NCBI GenBank assembly: GCA_030428885.1
Contig: JAUIEJ010000011.1
Location: forward strand, 121,279-185,278
Reading direction: 5' to 3'
DNA: 64,000 nt
Source of the DNA: Gemmatimonadota bacterium
GTDB lineage: Bacteria > Gemmatimonadota > Gemmatimonadetes > Longimicrobiales > Gaopeijiaceae
This document shows, in pieces, positions 9,622-19,822 of the stretch. The notes under the pieces are model-generated. The model did no database searches, was not told the DNA's origin, and worked only from the letters and a program-made list of their open reading frames with translations. The position numbers were made by a program, and so were the translations under genes. Every line of letters starts with the position of its first letter. The stretch's first letter is position 1.

Positions 9622-11087
9622 GACGGCTCGGCGCGGGGGAACGGATCGGGCCGCCCCGCCTCGGCGTCGGCGGCCACGGCGTCGACCAGGTCGCTGAAGA
9701 TGTAGCGATGCACGGGGTAGAGCGAATACCAGTACAACACCCCGAGCAGCCCCGACGGGACGAAAAACGCCGTCTGGACCATGCGGGTGCGCCCCGGTCC
9801 GTCGGGCACGGCCTCCCACTGGAGCCACGCCCGGCCCGGCACCTTCATCTCGGCCCTCAACCGCAGCAGTTCCGGGGCCCGGGCCTCTTCCACCCGCCAG
9901 AAATCCACCGCCTCGCCGGGCTCCAGATCCACCGGGTGTCGGCGTCCCCGGCGCAATCCCGGTCCCCCCACGATCTGGTCCAGAAGGCCCCGGAGGGCCC
10001 AGAGGGGGCGCCACACCCGCCACCCCCGGCGCCCTCCCAGCGACGCGAACGCCCGGTAGACCGCCTCGGGTTCGGCCGCCACGCTCCGGGTCCTCACCTC
10101 CTGGACCATGCCCTCCGAGTCCTCGAATCGATACGCGGGCGTAGCCCCCAGGGCGCCGCTCCAACGGGTCACCACCCGCCCCTCCCAGGTCCGCTTCAGG
10201 GCCAGTTCCACGGCGTCCCGGTAGGCCATGGGCTCCACCTCGGGGAAGAGGGCCCGGGCCCGGGTCGTATCGGCCAGCACCGGCTGCACCACCCCCTCCA
10301 CCAGGGGCACGGCCAGGCCGTTGGGGATGGGGGTCACGAGCCCCACCCAGCGGGCCGCCAGCGAGGGCGCCAACACCGGCACGGGCACGATGACGCGCCG
10401 GAGTCCCCGAACCTCGGCGTACTGGAGCATCATGTCGCGGAAGGTCCGGCGGTCGGCGCCGATCTCCACCACGCCCGTGGCCTCGGGCCGCTCCAGCGCC
10501 TCGGTGAGGTAGACCAGCACGTTGCGGATCCCCACCGGCTGGACCGGATTCCGGATCCACTTCGGGGCGATCATGGCCGGCAGCCGCTCCGTGAGGTAGC
10601 GCACCATCTCGAACGACGCCGACCCGGACCCGATGACCGGTCCGGCCCGGAACTCCAGGGCCTGGGCGAGCCCGTGGCGCAGGATCTCCCCCACTTCCGC
10701 CCGGGAGCTCAGATGTTTCGAGCCCCGCCTCGAGCCGTCGTGGGGGGGAAGCAGCCCCCCGAGGTACACGACCCGGAGTCCCGGGTCCACGCTTCGCGCC
10801 GCTTCGACGAACCCCGCGGCCCACGCCCGGTCCTGGGCGGCGAAATCGTCCCGGCCTCCCATGGCGTGCACGAGGTAGAACGCGGCATCCACCCCCTCCA
10901 GGGCGTCTCGAATCGATGCGCCGTCGTTCAGATCGCCGCGCACCACCTCCACCTCGTGGGCCCACGGCCGGGCGAGAACCCGGCGAGGATCCCGCACGAA
11001 CACCCGCACCCGGTGGCCCCGTCGGAGAAGACGAGGCACCAGGCGGCCTCCGATGTAGCCCGTGGCGCCGGTGACGAGAACGTGCAT
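9618..11087 (-). CDS. NAD(P)-binding SDR-like oxidoreductase with C-terminal DUF2867 (YbjT-like)
   Basis: VLVTGATGYIGG Rossmann motif, SRAEV, IGSGSASFEMVRYL, C-terminal DFWRVE..LRAEMKVPGRAWL. Confidence 0.85.
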   Translation of the reverse strand: MHVLVTGATGYIGGRLVPRLLRRGHRVRVFVRDPRRVLARPWAHEVEVVRGDLNDGASIRDALEGVDAAFYLVHAMGGRDDFAAQDRAWAAGFVEAARSVDPGLRVVYLGGLLPPHDGSRRGSKHLSSRAEVGEILRHGLAQALEFRAGPVIGSGSASFEMVRYLTERLPAMIAPKWIRNPVQPVGIRNVLVYLTEALERPEATGVVEIGADRRTFRDMMLQYAEVRGLRRVIVPVPVLAPSLAARWVGLVTPIPNGLAVPLVEGVVQPVLADTTRARALFPEVEPMAYRDAVELALKRTWEGRVVTRWSGALGATPAYRFEDSEGMVQEVRTRSVAAEPEAVYRAFASLGGRRGWRVWRPLWALRGLLDQIVGGPGLRRGRRHPVDLEPGEAVDFWRVEEARAPELLRLRAEMKVPGRAWLQWEAVPDGPGRTRMVQTAFFVPSGLLGVLYWYSLYPVHRYIFSDLVDAVAADAEAGRPDPFPRAEPS

Positions 11088-11186
11088 GATTCCTGCTGAA
11101 CTCCTGAGAGGCCCCGGGCTCTTGCCACCCGGCCCGGGGCGTTATCTTCGAGACCATCGGAACCCCAGTACGACCGAGACCCCATC

Positions 11187-11741
11187 ATGATCCGTTCATC
11201 GTCCGCGGCCCTCCTGGGCCTCCTCGCCGTGGCCGTCTCCGGCTGCGACCGCACCCCCTCCCTCGACCTCACCCCCGAGCTCGAAGAGGAGTCCTCGTTC
11301 GAATCGGGCCTCGAAGGCTGGTCCGTCGATCGCCAGACCGGGTCCACCGGGAGCGCGGCCGTCACCTCGGGCGAGGCCTCGGTGGGGTCGAGCTACGTCC
11401 GGGTCACGCTGGACGCCGGCAGCGATTTCGTCTGGCTGGAGCGGGCCTTCACGCTGGAGCCCAGCACCCCCTACAACGTGACCGTCTCGGCCGATCTCCG
11501 GGTCTTCGCCGGGTCGGCCGACATCCGGGTGGGCGCCTCCAACGGCGATCCCGACGGATCGGGCTTCACCTCCGAGGGCCCGGTGCCCGAGGTGTGGACC
11601 CGCACCCTGACGCCCATTCCCGTCACCACCGACGCTCAGGGCCGGGCGTGGATCGCCATCGGCATGGCGGGTACGGGGCAGGCCGGAGCCTTCGGCGTGG
11701 ACCGCCTCGGGGCCTCGTTCCTGCGCACCGGGGGCAACTGA
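11187..11741 (+). CDS. hypothetical lipoprotein, beta-rich
   Basis: Signal peptide with lipobox AVSG-C, codon usage matches the host. Confidence 0.6.
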   Translation: MIRSSSAALLGLLAVAVSGCDRTPSLDLTPELEEESSFESGLEGWSVDRQTGSTGSAAVTSGEASVGSSYVRVTLDAGSDFVWLERAFTLEPSTPYNVTVSADLRVFAGSADIRVGASNGDPDGSGFTSEGPVPEVWTRTLTPIPVTTDAQGRAWIAIGMAGTGQAGAFGVDRLGASFLRTGGN

Positions 11742-11753
11742 CGCCCCGGGCCC

Positions 11754-14036
11754 TCAGTCCTGGGCTTCGAGGCGCTCCGTCAGGCGGTCGATGAGGGCGC
11801 TGGCCGTGCCCTCCCGCCCGCCGGTGAGATCGTCCAGCGACGTCGCCTCAACCAGGGCCAGGGCCTCGCTTTCGGACAGGCCCGACTTCTCGATGAGGCT
11901 CTCCACGTAGCGGCGCTGCTTGGCGCTGGGCGGCCGGCGTTCGTCGTGGATGCGCTGGAGTTCGTCGATGACCTCGCTGGCCGCCGCCGTGGTCCGGAGT
12001 CCCTCCACGCCCTCGGCCCCCACGATGGCCCGCTCGTCGTCGTCGTCCAGCTCCAGATCGGCCAGGAGGCGCTCGATGTAGGCCACCTGCCGACTCGTGG
12101 GCGCCGGGAGCACCCCCTCCTCCCGTAGCCGGTTGGTGAGCTCGTAGGCCTCGCTCCAGGTGAGATCGGCCAGGGCCTCGGGATCGGCGGGCAGGGGTTC
12201 GGGGGCGTTGGCCAGGAGCCGCTGCAGCATGTCCTGCTGCTGGAGCGTGCTGCCCCCGGACTTCTTCCGGTCCCGGGCCTCTTCGTGGAGGTCGCGAATG
12301 AGGTCGCGCCAGCGTTCCCACGTCTCCGGCGCCGACAGGTCGCCCGACGCGAGTTCGTCGAGGCGCTCCTCCATGCGGGCCGTGAACTCGGGACTGAACA
12401 GCTCCAGGCCGCTGCCGTCCCCGTCGCCGTTGGTGTTCCGGGCGTAGAGGGGGGCGGCCCGGGTCCAGATGGCCCGTCCGCTCTCGGTGGGGGCGAGACC
12501 GCCGTCCTCGGTCTCCACGTAGCCCCGCTCCTCCAGCTTCTCCACGGTGCGGGCGTAGGTGGAGGGGCGGCCGATGCCGGCCTCCTTCATGGCCCGGATC
12601 AGGGTGTGGGACCGGTACCGGGCCGGGGGCCGCGTCTCGTCTTCGATGAAGAGGGGATTGGGGGACTCCTCCTCGGCCGGATCCAGGCGCCACTCGGCGC
12701 CTGGATCCAGGGCGATGTCCGGCGGACTCGTGGGGCGGGCCGCCAGGAACTCGTCGTAGGCCGCCTCCCAGCCGTCGAAGGTGCGCCACGACACGCTCCC
12801 CGTGAGGGGCTCGTCCAGTTCGGCGCAGGTGGCGCGCACGCTCCGGGTGGCCGTCACCGAGGGCGCCATCTGGCTGGCCAGGGTGTGGGCCCGGATCAGC
12901 CGATAGAGGCGCCGGGCATCGGCGTCGTCCACCCCCACGTCGTCGGCCTCGAGACGGGTGGGCCGGATGGCCTCGTGGGCGTCCTGCACCGGACCCGTGG
13001 CCACGTTCCTGGCCGCGGGCCCGCCCAGATGGTCGTCTCCCCACGTCGCGCTCACCACCGCCCGGGCCGTGGCCACGGCCGAGTCGGCCAGACGGGTCGA
13101 GTCGGTGCGGATGTAGGTGATGTGCCCGGCCTCGTAGAGCATGGAGGCCAGGGCCGACGTCTTCCGGGGCGACCACGAGAAGCGGGAACCCGCCGCCTGA
13201 AGCAGGGCGTCGGTGGAGAAGGGAGCCGACGGCCGACGGCGGCTGGTGGATTCCTTCACCTCGGTGAGGGTCACGACTCCCGCCGCCTCCAGGGCCGACA
13301 CGGCCCCTTCGGCCAACTCCCGGTCGAAGGTGCGGGTCGGGTGCACCTTGTCCGACGCGTCGCGCCAGGCCTCGGGGTCGTCGGGCTCGTGGAACCGGGT
13401 GGACAGGTCCACGCCCTGGGCCCGGGCCCGGACCTCGAAGTAGGGAATGGGCACGTGGGCTTCCCGCTCCAGCTCCCGCTCCACCACGAAGCCCAGGGTG
13501 GGGGTCTGGACCCGTCCCATGGAGTTGCCCCGGCCCGGCACGATGCCGTTGGCCATCTTCGAGGTTCGGAATCCCACGAGGCGGTCGAGGAATTTCCGAA
13601 CGAGGGCACTCTCCACCATGCGGTCGTCCACGTCCCGGGGCGACGCCAGCGCCGCCCGCACCGCTTCCTCCGTGACTTCCTGGAAGGTGACGCGGTGGGC
13701 CGGGCCCTTGCCCTCCAGGCGCCGTTCCAGGCTCCAGGCGATGAACTCCCCCTCCCGATCCGGGTCGGTGGCGATCCAGAAGGTGGGCTCGTCGCCGGCC
13801 TTCTCCAGGATCGTCGCCACCGCGTCTTCGCCCCGGTCGGTCCACACCCACGGCGGCGTCGGCAATTCACCGGGACGGTTCGCCCAGTACGCCTTGCTGG
13901 CGTCCTTGCCGTGGGCCTTCCGGTCGTTGGGGAGGGTTTCCACGTGGCCCCCGGTGGCGACGACGGCCCAGCCGTCGCCGAGGTACTTCTGGAGCGTCCG
14001 GGCCTTGGCGGACGACTCGACGATCAGGACATCCAT
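11754..14036 (-). CDS. topA: type IA DNA topoisomerase with atypical C-terminal helical repeats
   Basis: TOPRIM IVES.AKA, ATDPDREGE, SMGRVQTPTL, catalytic GHITYIRTDS, QDAHEAIRPT, GIGRPSTY. No Cys4 zinc ribbons. Confidence 0.9.
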   Translation of the reverse strand: MDVLIVESSAKARTLQKYLGDGWAVVATGGHVETLPNDRKAHGKDASKAYWANRPGELPTPPWVWTDRGEDAVATILEKAGDEPTFWIATDPDREGEFIAWSLERRLEGKGPAHRVTFQEVTEEAVRAALASPRDVDDRMVESALVRKFLDRLVGFRTSKMANGIVPGRGNSMGRVQTPTLGFVVERELEREAHVPIPYFEVRARAQGVDLSTRFHEPDDPEAWRDASDKVHPTRTFDRELAEGAVSALEAAGVVTLTEVKESTSRRRPSAPFSTDALLQAAGSRFSWSPRKTSALASMLYEAGHITYIRTDSTRLADSAVATARAVVSATWGDDHLGGPAARNVATGPVQDAHEAIRPTRLEADDVGVDDADARRLYRLIRAHTLASQMAPSVTATRSVRATCAELDEPLTGSVSWRTFDGWEAAYDEFLAARPTSPPDIALDPGAEWRLDPAEEESPNPLFIEDETRPPARYRSHTLIRAMKEAGIGRPSTYARTVEKLEERGYVETEDGGLAPTESGRAIWTRAAPLYARNTNGDGDGSGLELFSPEFTARMEERLDELASGDLSAPETWERWRDLIRDLHEEARDRKKSGGSTLQQQDMLQRLLANAPEPLPADPEALADLTWSEAYELTNRLREEGVLPAPTSRQVAYIERLLADLELDDDDERAIVGAEGVEGLRTTAAASEVIDELQRIHDERRPPSAKQRRYVESLIEKSGLSESEALALVEATSLDDLTGGREGTASALIDRLTERLEAQD

Positions 14037-14161
14037 CGGTGCGGGGCCTCGTGGAGGTGCGGCAGGGAACGGAGTAGGCGGGCGGAGAGAACATACCAGA
14101 CCCCGGCCCGCAGGTTCACCCCCGGGGCCCACGGACCTTGATTCCCCGGGCCAAACGCATC

Positions 14162-14187
14162 AATATCTGAGCAAGCGTTCATACGTT
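14162..14187 (+). promoter_or_regulatory. ArsR/SmtB-type operator (imperfect inverted repeat)
   Basis: AATATCTGAGCAAGCGTTCATACGTT just upstream of the ArsR gene. It has the TGA-N7-TCA core typical of SmtB/CadC operators. Confidence 0.55.
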
Positions 14188-14201
14188 TACCCCGGAGTCC
14201 C

Positions 14202-14570
14202 ATGCCCCCGACGCCCCTCACCGACGACGCGCTCTGCGACGTGCGCATGGTGCACGACGACGCCGTGGCCGCCGCTCGCGACGCCCGGGCCGAGGATCGC
14301 GACCTCGCCCACCTCGCCGACACCTTTCAGATGCTGGCCAGCCCCACCCGCCTCCGCATCGTCGAGGCGCTGGCGGAGCGTGACCTGTGCGTCTGCGATC
14401 TCTCGGCGGTGGTGGAGGTGAGCGAATCGGCCGTGAGTCACCACCTGCGCCAGATGCGCCAGATGCGCATCGTGCGCTTCCGGAAGGAGGGCCGCATGGC
14501 CTACTACCGCCTGGACGACGATCACGTCGCCCAGCTCTTCCGCCTGGGACTGGACCATGTCCGGGAGTGA
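14202..14570 (+). CDS. ArsR/SmtB family metal-sensing repressor
   Basis: LASPTRLRIV, LCVCDLS, SESAVSHHLRQ, YYRLDDDHV..LDH. Confidence 0.93.
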   Translation: MPPTPLTDDALCDVRMVHDDAVAAARDARAEDRDLAHLADTFQMLASPTRLRIVEALAERDLCVCDLSAVVEVSESAVSHHLRQMRQMRIVRFRKEGRMAYYRLDDDHVAQLFRLGLDHVRE

Positions 14571-16734
14571 CCCCGTGAGGGGCCCGAGCCCCAGCGCGGG
14601 CACGGCCACGGCCACGGCCCTCTACGACGTGCCCGACATGGACTGCCCGAGCTGCGTGGCCAAGATCCGGGGCCGCCTCGAGAAGCTGGACGGAGTGGAG
14701 GGGGTCGAAGGCAGCCCCGTGGCCCGCACCCTGTCCGTGTCGTGGGACCCGGCCCGCACCAGCCAGGACCGGGTCCTGGCCGAGGTGGGGCGCCTGGGCT
14801 ACCACGCCCGGGCCCGGGACGCGGCCGCACCAGCGCCTCAGGCGCCGTCCACGTGGTGGGGGCCCGCGGCCCGCATCGCCTACGGATCCATGGCCCTCTT
14901 CGCCGTGGCCATGGGACTCTCGGCGGCGGGGGTGGCCCCCGTCGTGCTGGATCTGCCGTTCCGGGCGGTGCGCCTCCCCGATCTGGTCCTGGTGGTGTCG
15001 GCGCTGGTGGGAGGCTGGAACTTCTTCCCCCGGGGACTGGCGGCCGCCCGCTCCCTCGCCCTGGACATGAACTTCCTCATGACGGTGGCCATCCTGGGCG
15101 CCATCGGGGTGGGGGAGTACCTGGAGGGGGCGGCCATCGCCTTCCTCTTCGCCCTGGCCGAGTTGCTCGAGAGCTACGCCGTGGACCGGGCCCGGGGGTC
15201 GGTGGAAGCCCTGATGGAACTGGCCCCGGAGCAGGCTCGACGCCTGGCCGCCGACGGGTCGGAGGAGCGGGTGCCCGTGGCGGCCCTGGTTCCGGGGGAC
15301 CACGTGGCGGTCCGTCCCGGGGAACGGCTCCCGGTGGACGGCACGGTGGTGGACGGCCACTCCGCGGTGGACGAGTCGCCCATCACCGGCGAATCCATGC
15401 CCGTGGAGAAGAGTCCGGGGAGCGCCGTCTTCGCCGGCACCATCAACCGGGACGGCTGGATGCGGGCCCGGGTCGATCGCCCCGCCTCCCAGAGCACCCT
15501 GGCCCGGATCGTCCGCCTGGTGGAGGAGGCCGAGGGCCGGAAGACCCGCACCGAGCGCTTCGTGGAGCGCTTCGCCCGCATCTACACGCCCATCGTCACG
15601 GTGGCGGCCCTCCTGGTGGTGGCGGTCCCCGTGGTGGTGCTGGGCGAGCCCTTCGTGCCGTGGTTCGTCCGGGGACTGACCCTCCTGGTCATCGCCTGCC
15701 CGTGCGCCCTGGTGATCTCCACCCCCGTGGCCGTGGTGAGCGGCGTCACGGCGGCGGCCCGCCACGGCGTGCTCATCAAGGGCGGACGCTACCTGGAGGC
15801 CCTGGGCGAGGTGCGGGCCGTGGCGCTGGACAAGACCGGCACCCTGACCTACGGGCATCCCCGGGTGGTGGAGGTGGTGGCCGTGGGCGGCGCCGACGAG
15901 ACCGACGCCCTGGCCCGGGCCGCCGCCGTGGAGGCCCGCTCCGAACACCCCCTGGCCCGGGCCGTGGCCGACCACGCCGCGGCGGCGGGGGTGACGGGAG
16001 GCTTCGCGGTGGACGAGTTCCACGCCGTGCCGGGGAAGGGGGCCGTGGCCGTGGTGGACGGCGAGGAGCACCGGGTGGGAGCCCCCCACTGGCTCGGCGC
16101 CTCGCCTCCCGAGGGCCTGACCCGGGACGGCCGCACCGTGGTGGGGGTGGCCCGGGGCGCGCGGGTTCTGGCCTGGATCGCCCTGGCCGATCGGGCCCGG
16201 GAGCCCGCGGCCCGGGCCGTGGCGGGCCTGCGGGCCGCAGGGGTGGAGCACGTGGTGGTCCTCACCGGCGACGCCCCGGAGACCGCCCACGCCGTGGCGA
16301 GGGAGTTGGGGGTGGACGAGGTCCGGGCCCGACTGCTCCCCGAAGACAAGGTGGAGGCGGTGAAGGCCCTGGAGGCCCGCTACGGCCCCGTGGCCATGGT
16401 GGGCGACGGCGTGAACGACGCCCCGGCCCTGGCTGCCGCCACCGTGGGCATCGCCATGGGCGCCATGGGCACCGACGCCGCGCTGGAAACCGCCGACGTG
16501 GCCCTCATGGGCGACGACCTCACCCGGCTGCCCTGGGTGCGGCGCATGAGCGGCCGGGCCCGGCGGGTGATCCGCCAGAACATCGCCGCCGCCATCCTGG
16601 TGAAGGCGGCCCTGGCCGTGGCCGTGCCCTTCGGCCTGGTCTCCCTGGTCACCGCCGTCATCGTGGGCGACATGGGCGTCTCCCTGGCCGTGACCCTCAA
16701 CGCCCTGCGCCTGGCCGGCGCCGGCGACGACTGA
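14557..16734 (+). CDS. cadA: heavy-metal (Cd/Zn/Pb-type) P1B ATPase
   Basis: N-terminal MDCPSC, TGES, CPC, DKTGTLT, SEHPL, GDGVNDAP. Confidence 0.93.
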   Translation: MSGSDPVRGPSPSAGTATATALYDVPDMDCPSCVAKIRGRLEKLDGVEGVEGSPVARTLSVSWDPARTSQDRVLAEVGRLGYHARARDAAAPAPQAPSTWWGPAARIAYGSMALFAVAMGLSAAGVAPVVLDLPFRAVRLPDLVLVVSALVGGWNFFPRGLAAARSLALDMNFLMTVAILGAIGVGEYLEGAAIAFLFALAELLESYAVDRARGSVEALMELAPEQARRLAADGSEERVPVAALVPGDHVAVRPGERLPVDGTVVDGHSAVDESPITGESMPVEKSPGSAVFAGTINRDGWMRARVDRPASQSTLARIVRLVEEAEGRKTRTERFVERFARIYTPIVTVAALLVVAVPVVVLGEPFVPWFVRGLTLLVIACPCALVISTPVAVVSGVTAAARHGVLIKGGRYLEALGEVRAVALDKTGTLTYGHPRVVEVVAVGGADETDALARAAAVEARSEHPLARAVADHAAAAGVTGGFAVDEFHAVPGKGAVAVVDGEEHRVGAPHWLGASPPEGLTRDGRTVVGVARGARVLAWIALADRAREPAARAVAGLRAAGVEHVVVLTGDAPETAHAVARELGVDEVRARLLPEDKVEAVKALEARYGPVAMVGDGVNDAPALAAATVGIAMGAMGTDAALETADVALMGDDLTRLPWVRRMSGRARRVIRQNIAAAILVKAALAVAVPFGLVSLVTAVIVGDMGVSLAVTLNALRLAGAGDD

Positions 16735-16821
16735 GGTAGCCCGGCGGCCTCCGAATCCCCACTTTCCGATGCGCGCCGCCCGCTTCGGGTCGGCTGTGCT
16801 CGACCTGCAGCGCCGCGCGAG

Positions 16822-16905
16822 GCCGGGGTGGTGAAATCGGTAAACACAGGGGACTTAAAATCCCCCGGGCGTATGCCCTTGCGGGTTCGAGTCCCGCCCC
16901 CGGCA
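16822..16905 (+). tRNA. trnL: tRNA-Leu (anticodon TAA)
   Basis: Acceptor stem GCCGGGG/CCCCGGC, anticodon arm GGGGA-CTTAAAA-TCCCC, long variable arm, T-loop GGTTCGAGTCC. CCA is not encoded. Confidence 0.97.
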
Positions 16906-16908
16906 TGG
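16887..16908 (+). repeat. att core, copy 1 (3' end of tRNA-Leu)
   Basis: TCGAGTCCCGCCCCCGGCATGG, identical to 19823-19844. Confidence 0.9.
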
Positions 16909-16999
16909 AGCCGTAAGACGTTCTAGGTACGGCCCTTGCACGTGAGGCGTTTCCAGGATGTGCGACCCGATAGCCAGCGCCGTACGTTGACTTGTGCTG

Positions 17000-17430
17000 A
17001 AATCGTGCCGTTCGGAACTCGGCGAGCCTCTCCCACCCCTTCGCCGATGATAGTCTGATCTGCGATTGCATACCGTCGGAACGCTGACGCCGTCTTGTGC
17101 CCGGTGACCTCTGGTCACGGGCTGCGAGACGCCGGCGCGGATTAGGTTCCGGACGGCGGTCCGGCGAAGACCGTGGAGCCAAGCGCCCTCACAACCGGCC
17201 CGCCTGCACGCTGCATCCCAAGCGGCGCGGATCGGCCACGACCTCTAGGGAGAGCTTAAGGGTGTTCTTCCGCATAGGCTTCGGAATCACCGGGATCTGG
17301 GAATGCAACTCAGCTTCTCCCGCGAGCTTAGGCATCCCCCAAGGGCGGCCTTCTCCTCCTTGGTGCTGGACGCGGAGGCGCTTCCCCTACGGACTTCGAC
17401 CGATGTAGGTATGCGCAACAATCAAGACTA
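17000..17430 (-). pseudogene. tyrosine integrase remnant (frameshifted, internally deleted)
   Basis: Minus-strand fragments RAAWDAACRRAGCEGAWLHGLRRTAVRNLIRAGVSQPV, then after a frameshift VTGHKTASAFRRYAI (H-x-x-R..H..Y catalytic region, about 17060-17235). A weaker match to an N-terminal arm (YIGRSP*GKRLR) lies near 17350-17420. Confidence 0.8.
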
Positions 17431-17719
17431 TCTCAACGGCCCTTCTCAGCCCGATAAACTCCCGCAGGTGTTAGAGGGAAGACCGCAGACGCTTCGCCGA
17501 CTTCCTCCGCCTAGACTCGAAGTCCCTTAGACAAATGAGCGTGACCCGACCTGATGAGGTCGGGCCACGATATCACTAGTCACCTCCAGCCGCTTGTGGA
17601 GCACTTCTCGGGTGTCAGGCTCCCTCCGCGAACCGGACGACTCGTGGAACGGCTATTCACGGTAGGAGGAGGAGTCGATTCACCAGACCTGACCACGCTC
17701 AAGACCCCTTCAGCGACGC

Positions 17720-18031
17720 TCACGGGACACTCCCGGCGGGAAGACCCCGGAGCCAATCGTTCAGGCAATGGGGGCAGAATCGCCACGAGCGCGGTCCCAG
17801 GCGAATGGCCCACCGCCACTCCGCTGCTCTGGCCTTCCTTAGCACACTCTGGCCATCCATGTCCAGACACCGTGCGACGTCCTTCGTCCGCCAGAAGGCC
17901 AGAACCTGCCGCTCGCAGCTCGGACAAGCTGGAAAGGAGGGCGGATGCGGACCGGACTGAACCGGTTCTTCCTCACGGGTTCCGGGCACCGCCTCGACTA
18001 TTCTCTCCTGTCCCTGAGGCTCAGTACTCAT
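17720..18031 (-). CDS. excisionase/AlpA-like HTH protein
   Basis: From MSTEPQG: FWRTKDVARCLDMDGQSVLRKA..AIRLGPRSWRF..LNDWL. Lies upstream of the integrase remnant. Confidence 0.55.
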   Translation of the reverse strand: MSTEPQGQERIVEAVPGTREEEPVQSGPHPPSFPACPSCERQVLAFWRTKDVARCLDMDGQSVLRKARAAEWRWAIRLGPRSWRFCPHCLNDWLRGLPAGSVP

Positions 18032-18658
18032 CGAACACCGCCCGAGCCCAAGTCCCGCGGCCATTCGAATTATCCTCGCAATATCCGCGATCCGTAATAG
18101 TTGGTTAGGAGAATCCTTCTCGGGCGCAACGGCTCGATTGAACCTTGATTCACACGTGTAGTGTTTCATTATTCTTTGACCTCTTCATTCTGATTTGTGG
18201 AGTCACCTCCTTGTGAAGTTTGGCCGACCCCTCATGGGCCTGCCTACAGGTCGCAGGTATTGGAGCCCCCGCTTTAAGGTCAAGTAAGGACTTTGCTCTC
18301 GATCCCCGCCGCCCCATTTCGGCCTCAATCTCTGGCCGCAATAATAGTGGATAGGGCTACTGACCCCGCAACCGACCCTTATAGTTACTCCGAATAGCGG
18401 ACTATGTTCCACTGTCAGTATCATGATCGACAATTGCCCGCGACTGGAACGATTCGATGAAATCGGCAAGGAGCTTGTTCGAATAACGTGCCTGCACCCA
18501 GGTCGAGCAGGCTTCTGACACCGTTCACAAGGGATACGCAGGCAGGCTGCAACCGAACACCGGGACGCCAAGCAGGGGAACGTAGAGCCCCAGATCCCCC
18601 GGAAAGGAGTTCGAGCACCCTTACGCTACCGCGCTCAGGAGCAACAAGAACCGGCGAT

Positions 18659-19516
18659 CTACTCGGGCCGGGCGGTGGGATCGCTCCAGCGGGTGACATG
18701 CTCTCGGAACGCTGCGGCCTCGTCCATTTGCGCGCGCCAGTTGCTGAAGGTGTAGTCCAAGACAAAGACCAGTTCCCGAGCCAGCACGAGGCATTCCTCA
18801 TCCGGTCGCCCGTGGATGCCCTGGCTGTAGTGTTTGTACAGCGCTGCTAGAGGGTTGACCCCACCCGGCCTCAATGCGCCAGGAAGGGCATCCGCAGCCA
18901 GTCTCAGTTGCTCTTCCATTTGGGAGTTGGAACGGGCGGCCCGCAGGCGCTCTGCGGCTTCGTGCTCGTCAAGGTCCATTGCGTGCCGGATGAAGAGGTC
19001 GAGAACCTCGTTCGTGGCATCCTCTATAACCCGCCGGAAATATGCCAACGCCGCGAGACCATATCCGTGGGCAAGCGAAGTAAGCCCCTTCTTGTACATC
19101 TCGACGGCAGGCTTGGGCAGTCCCCGCTCGACCTGACGGGGAAGCTCTGCGTGCTGCGGGGGTACCTGCCCGAACTTCCGGAGGATCACGTGTGAATATC
19201 CCGCGTGATCCCCGCCCGCATCGCGGAGTGGTCTAGCGCGTTGCTCGACCCAGAGGAAGAGGCGCTCCTTCGTGCAGTGGCTGCATCTCCAGGCAACAAT
19301 CATCCCCGCGCCAAGACGCGCCGCGTGGGAGTTCTCGATGGCATTGATGCGCGACCAGGTAGGCTCAGCCGAACAAGTCGGACAGGCGCGAAGAAACGAA
19401 GCTGGAAGACTGGGTGTTCGCATTTTCGGCTCATCAAACTCGATCTCTAGTGGGGTGTACAGAGGCCACTGGTTGATGAATTCGGTAAGCCGGCGGTGAA
19501 GCTCGCTATCATCCAT
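18659..19516 (-). CDS. hypothetical protein: N-terminal CxxC..CxxC Zn-ribbon plus helical DUF4145/HEPN-like domain
   Basis: CPTC and CSHC, KFGQVPP, LAYFRRVIE, YSQGIH..DEEC. Intact 285-aa ORF with non-host codon usage. Confidence 0.65.
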   Translation of the reverse strand: MDDSELHRRLTEFINQWPLYTPLEIEFDEPKMRTPSLPASFLRACPTCSAEPTWSRINAIENSHAARLGAGMIVAWRCSHCTKERLFLWVEQRARPLRDAGGDHAGYSHVILRKFGQVPPQHAELPRQVERGLPKPAVEMYKKGLTSLAHGYGLAALAYFRRVIEDATNEVLDLFIRHAMDLDEHEAAERLRAARSNSQMEEQLRLAADALPGALRPGGVNPLAALYKHYSQGIHGRPDEECLVLARELVFVLDYTFSNWRAQMDEAAAFREHVTRWSDPTARPE

Positions 19517-19822
19517 TCAGGACCTCAATCGACGGACGGCACCCGCCCGTTAGGTTAGTCGGTGCCGCCACGTTCGGAAGCCGTTCAGGTTGATTCGACC
19601 AGCGCGACGCGACGGATCGTAGTGAGGTGAATCACAGCCCAAGAACAGGGTATCCGGCAAGCGCCGGCTATGCAATCTTGGCCGAGGAGGCAGTATCGCC
19701 TAGGTCCACGGCCCCCACGCGACTGTGTCAAGTTCGGCCGTAGCCCCATCGCAAACATGAGCGTTGCCGCAAGCCCTCATGCGGCTTCGGCTACGCCGCC
19801 ACGGGCGCTCCTGCGCCCGCGG

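Noticed and set aside
17542-17580. CTGATGAG inside hairpin CCCGACC-TGATGA-GGTCGGG, resembling a hammerhead ribozyme core
   Set aside because: There is no stem II followed by GAAA, and the motif is simply the loop of a single hairpin.
18150-18660. Short ORFs in the AT-richer middle of the tRNA islet
   Set aside because: No recognisable motifs or clear RBS, so probably decayed or intergenic sequence.
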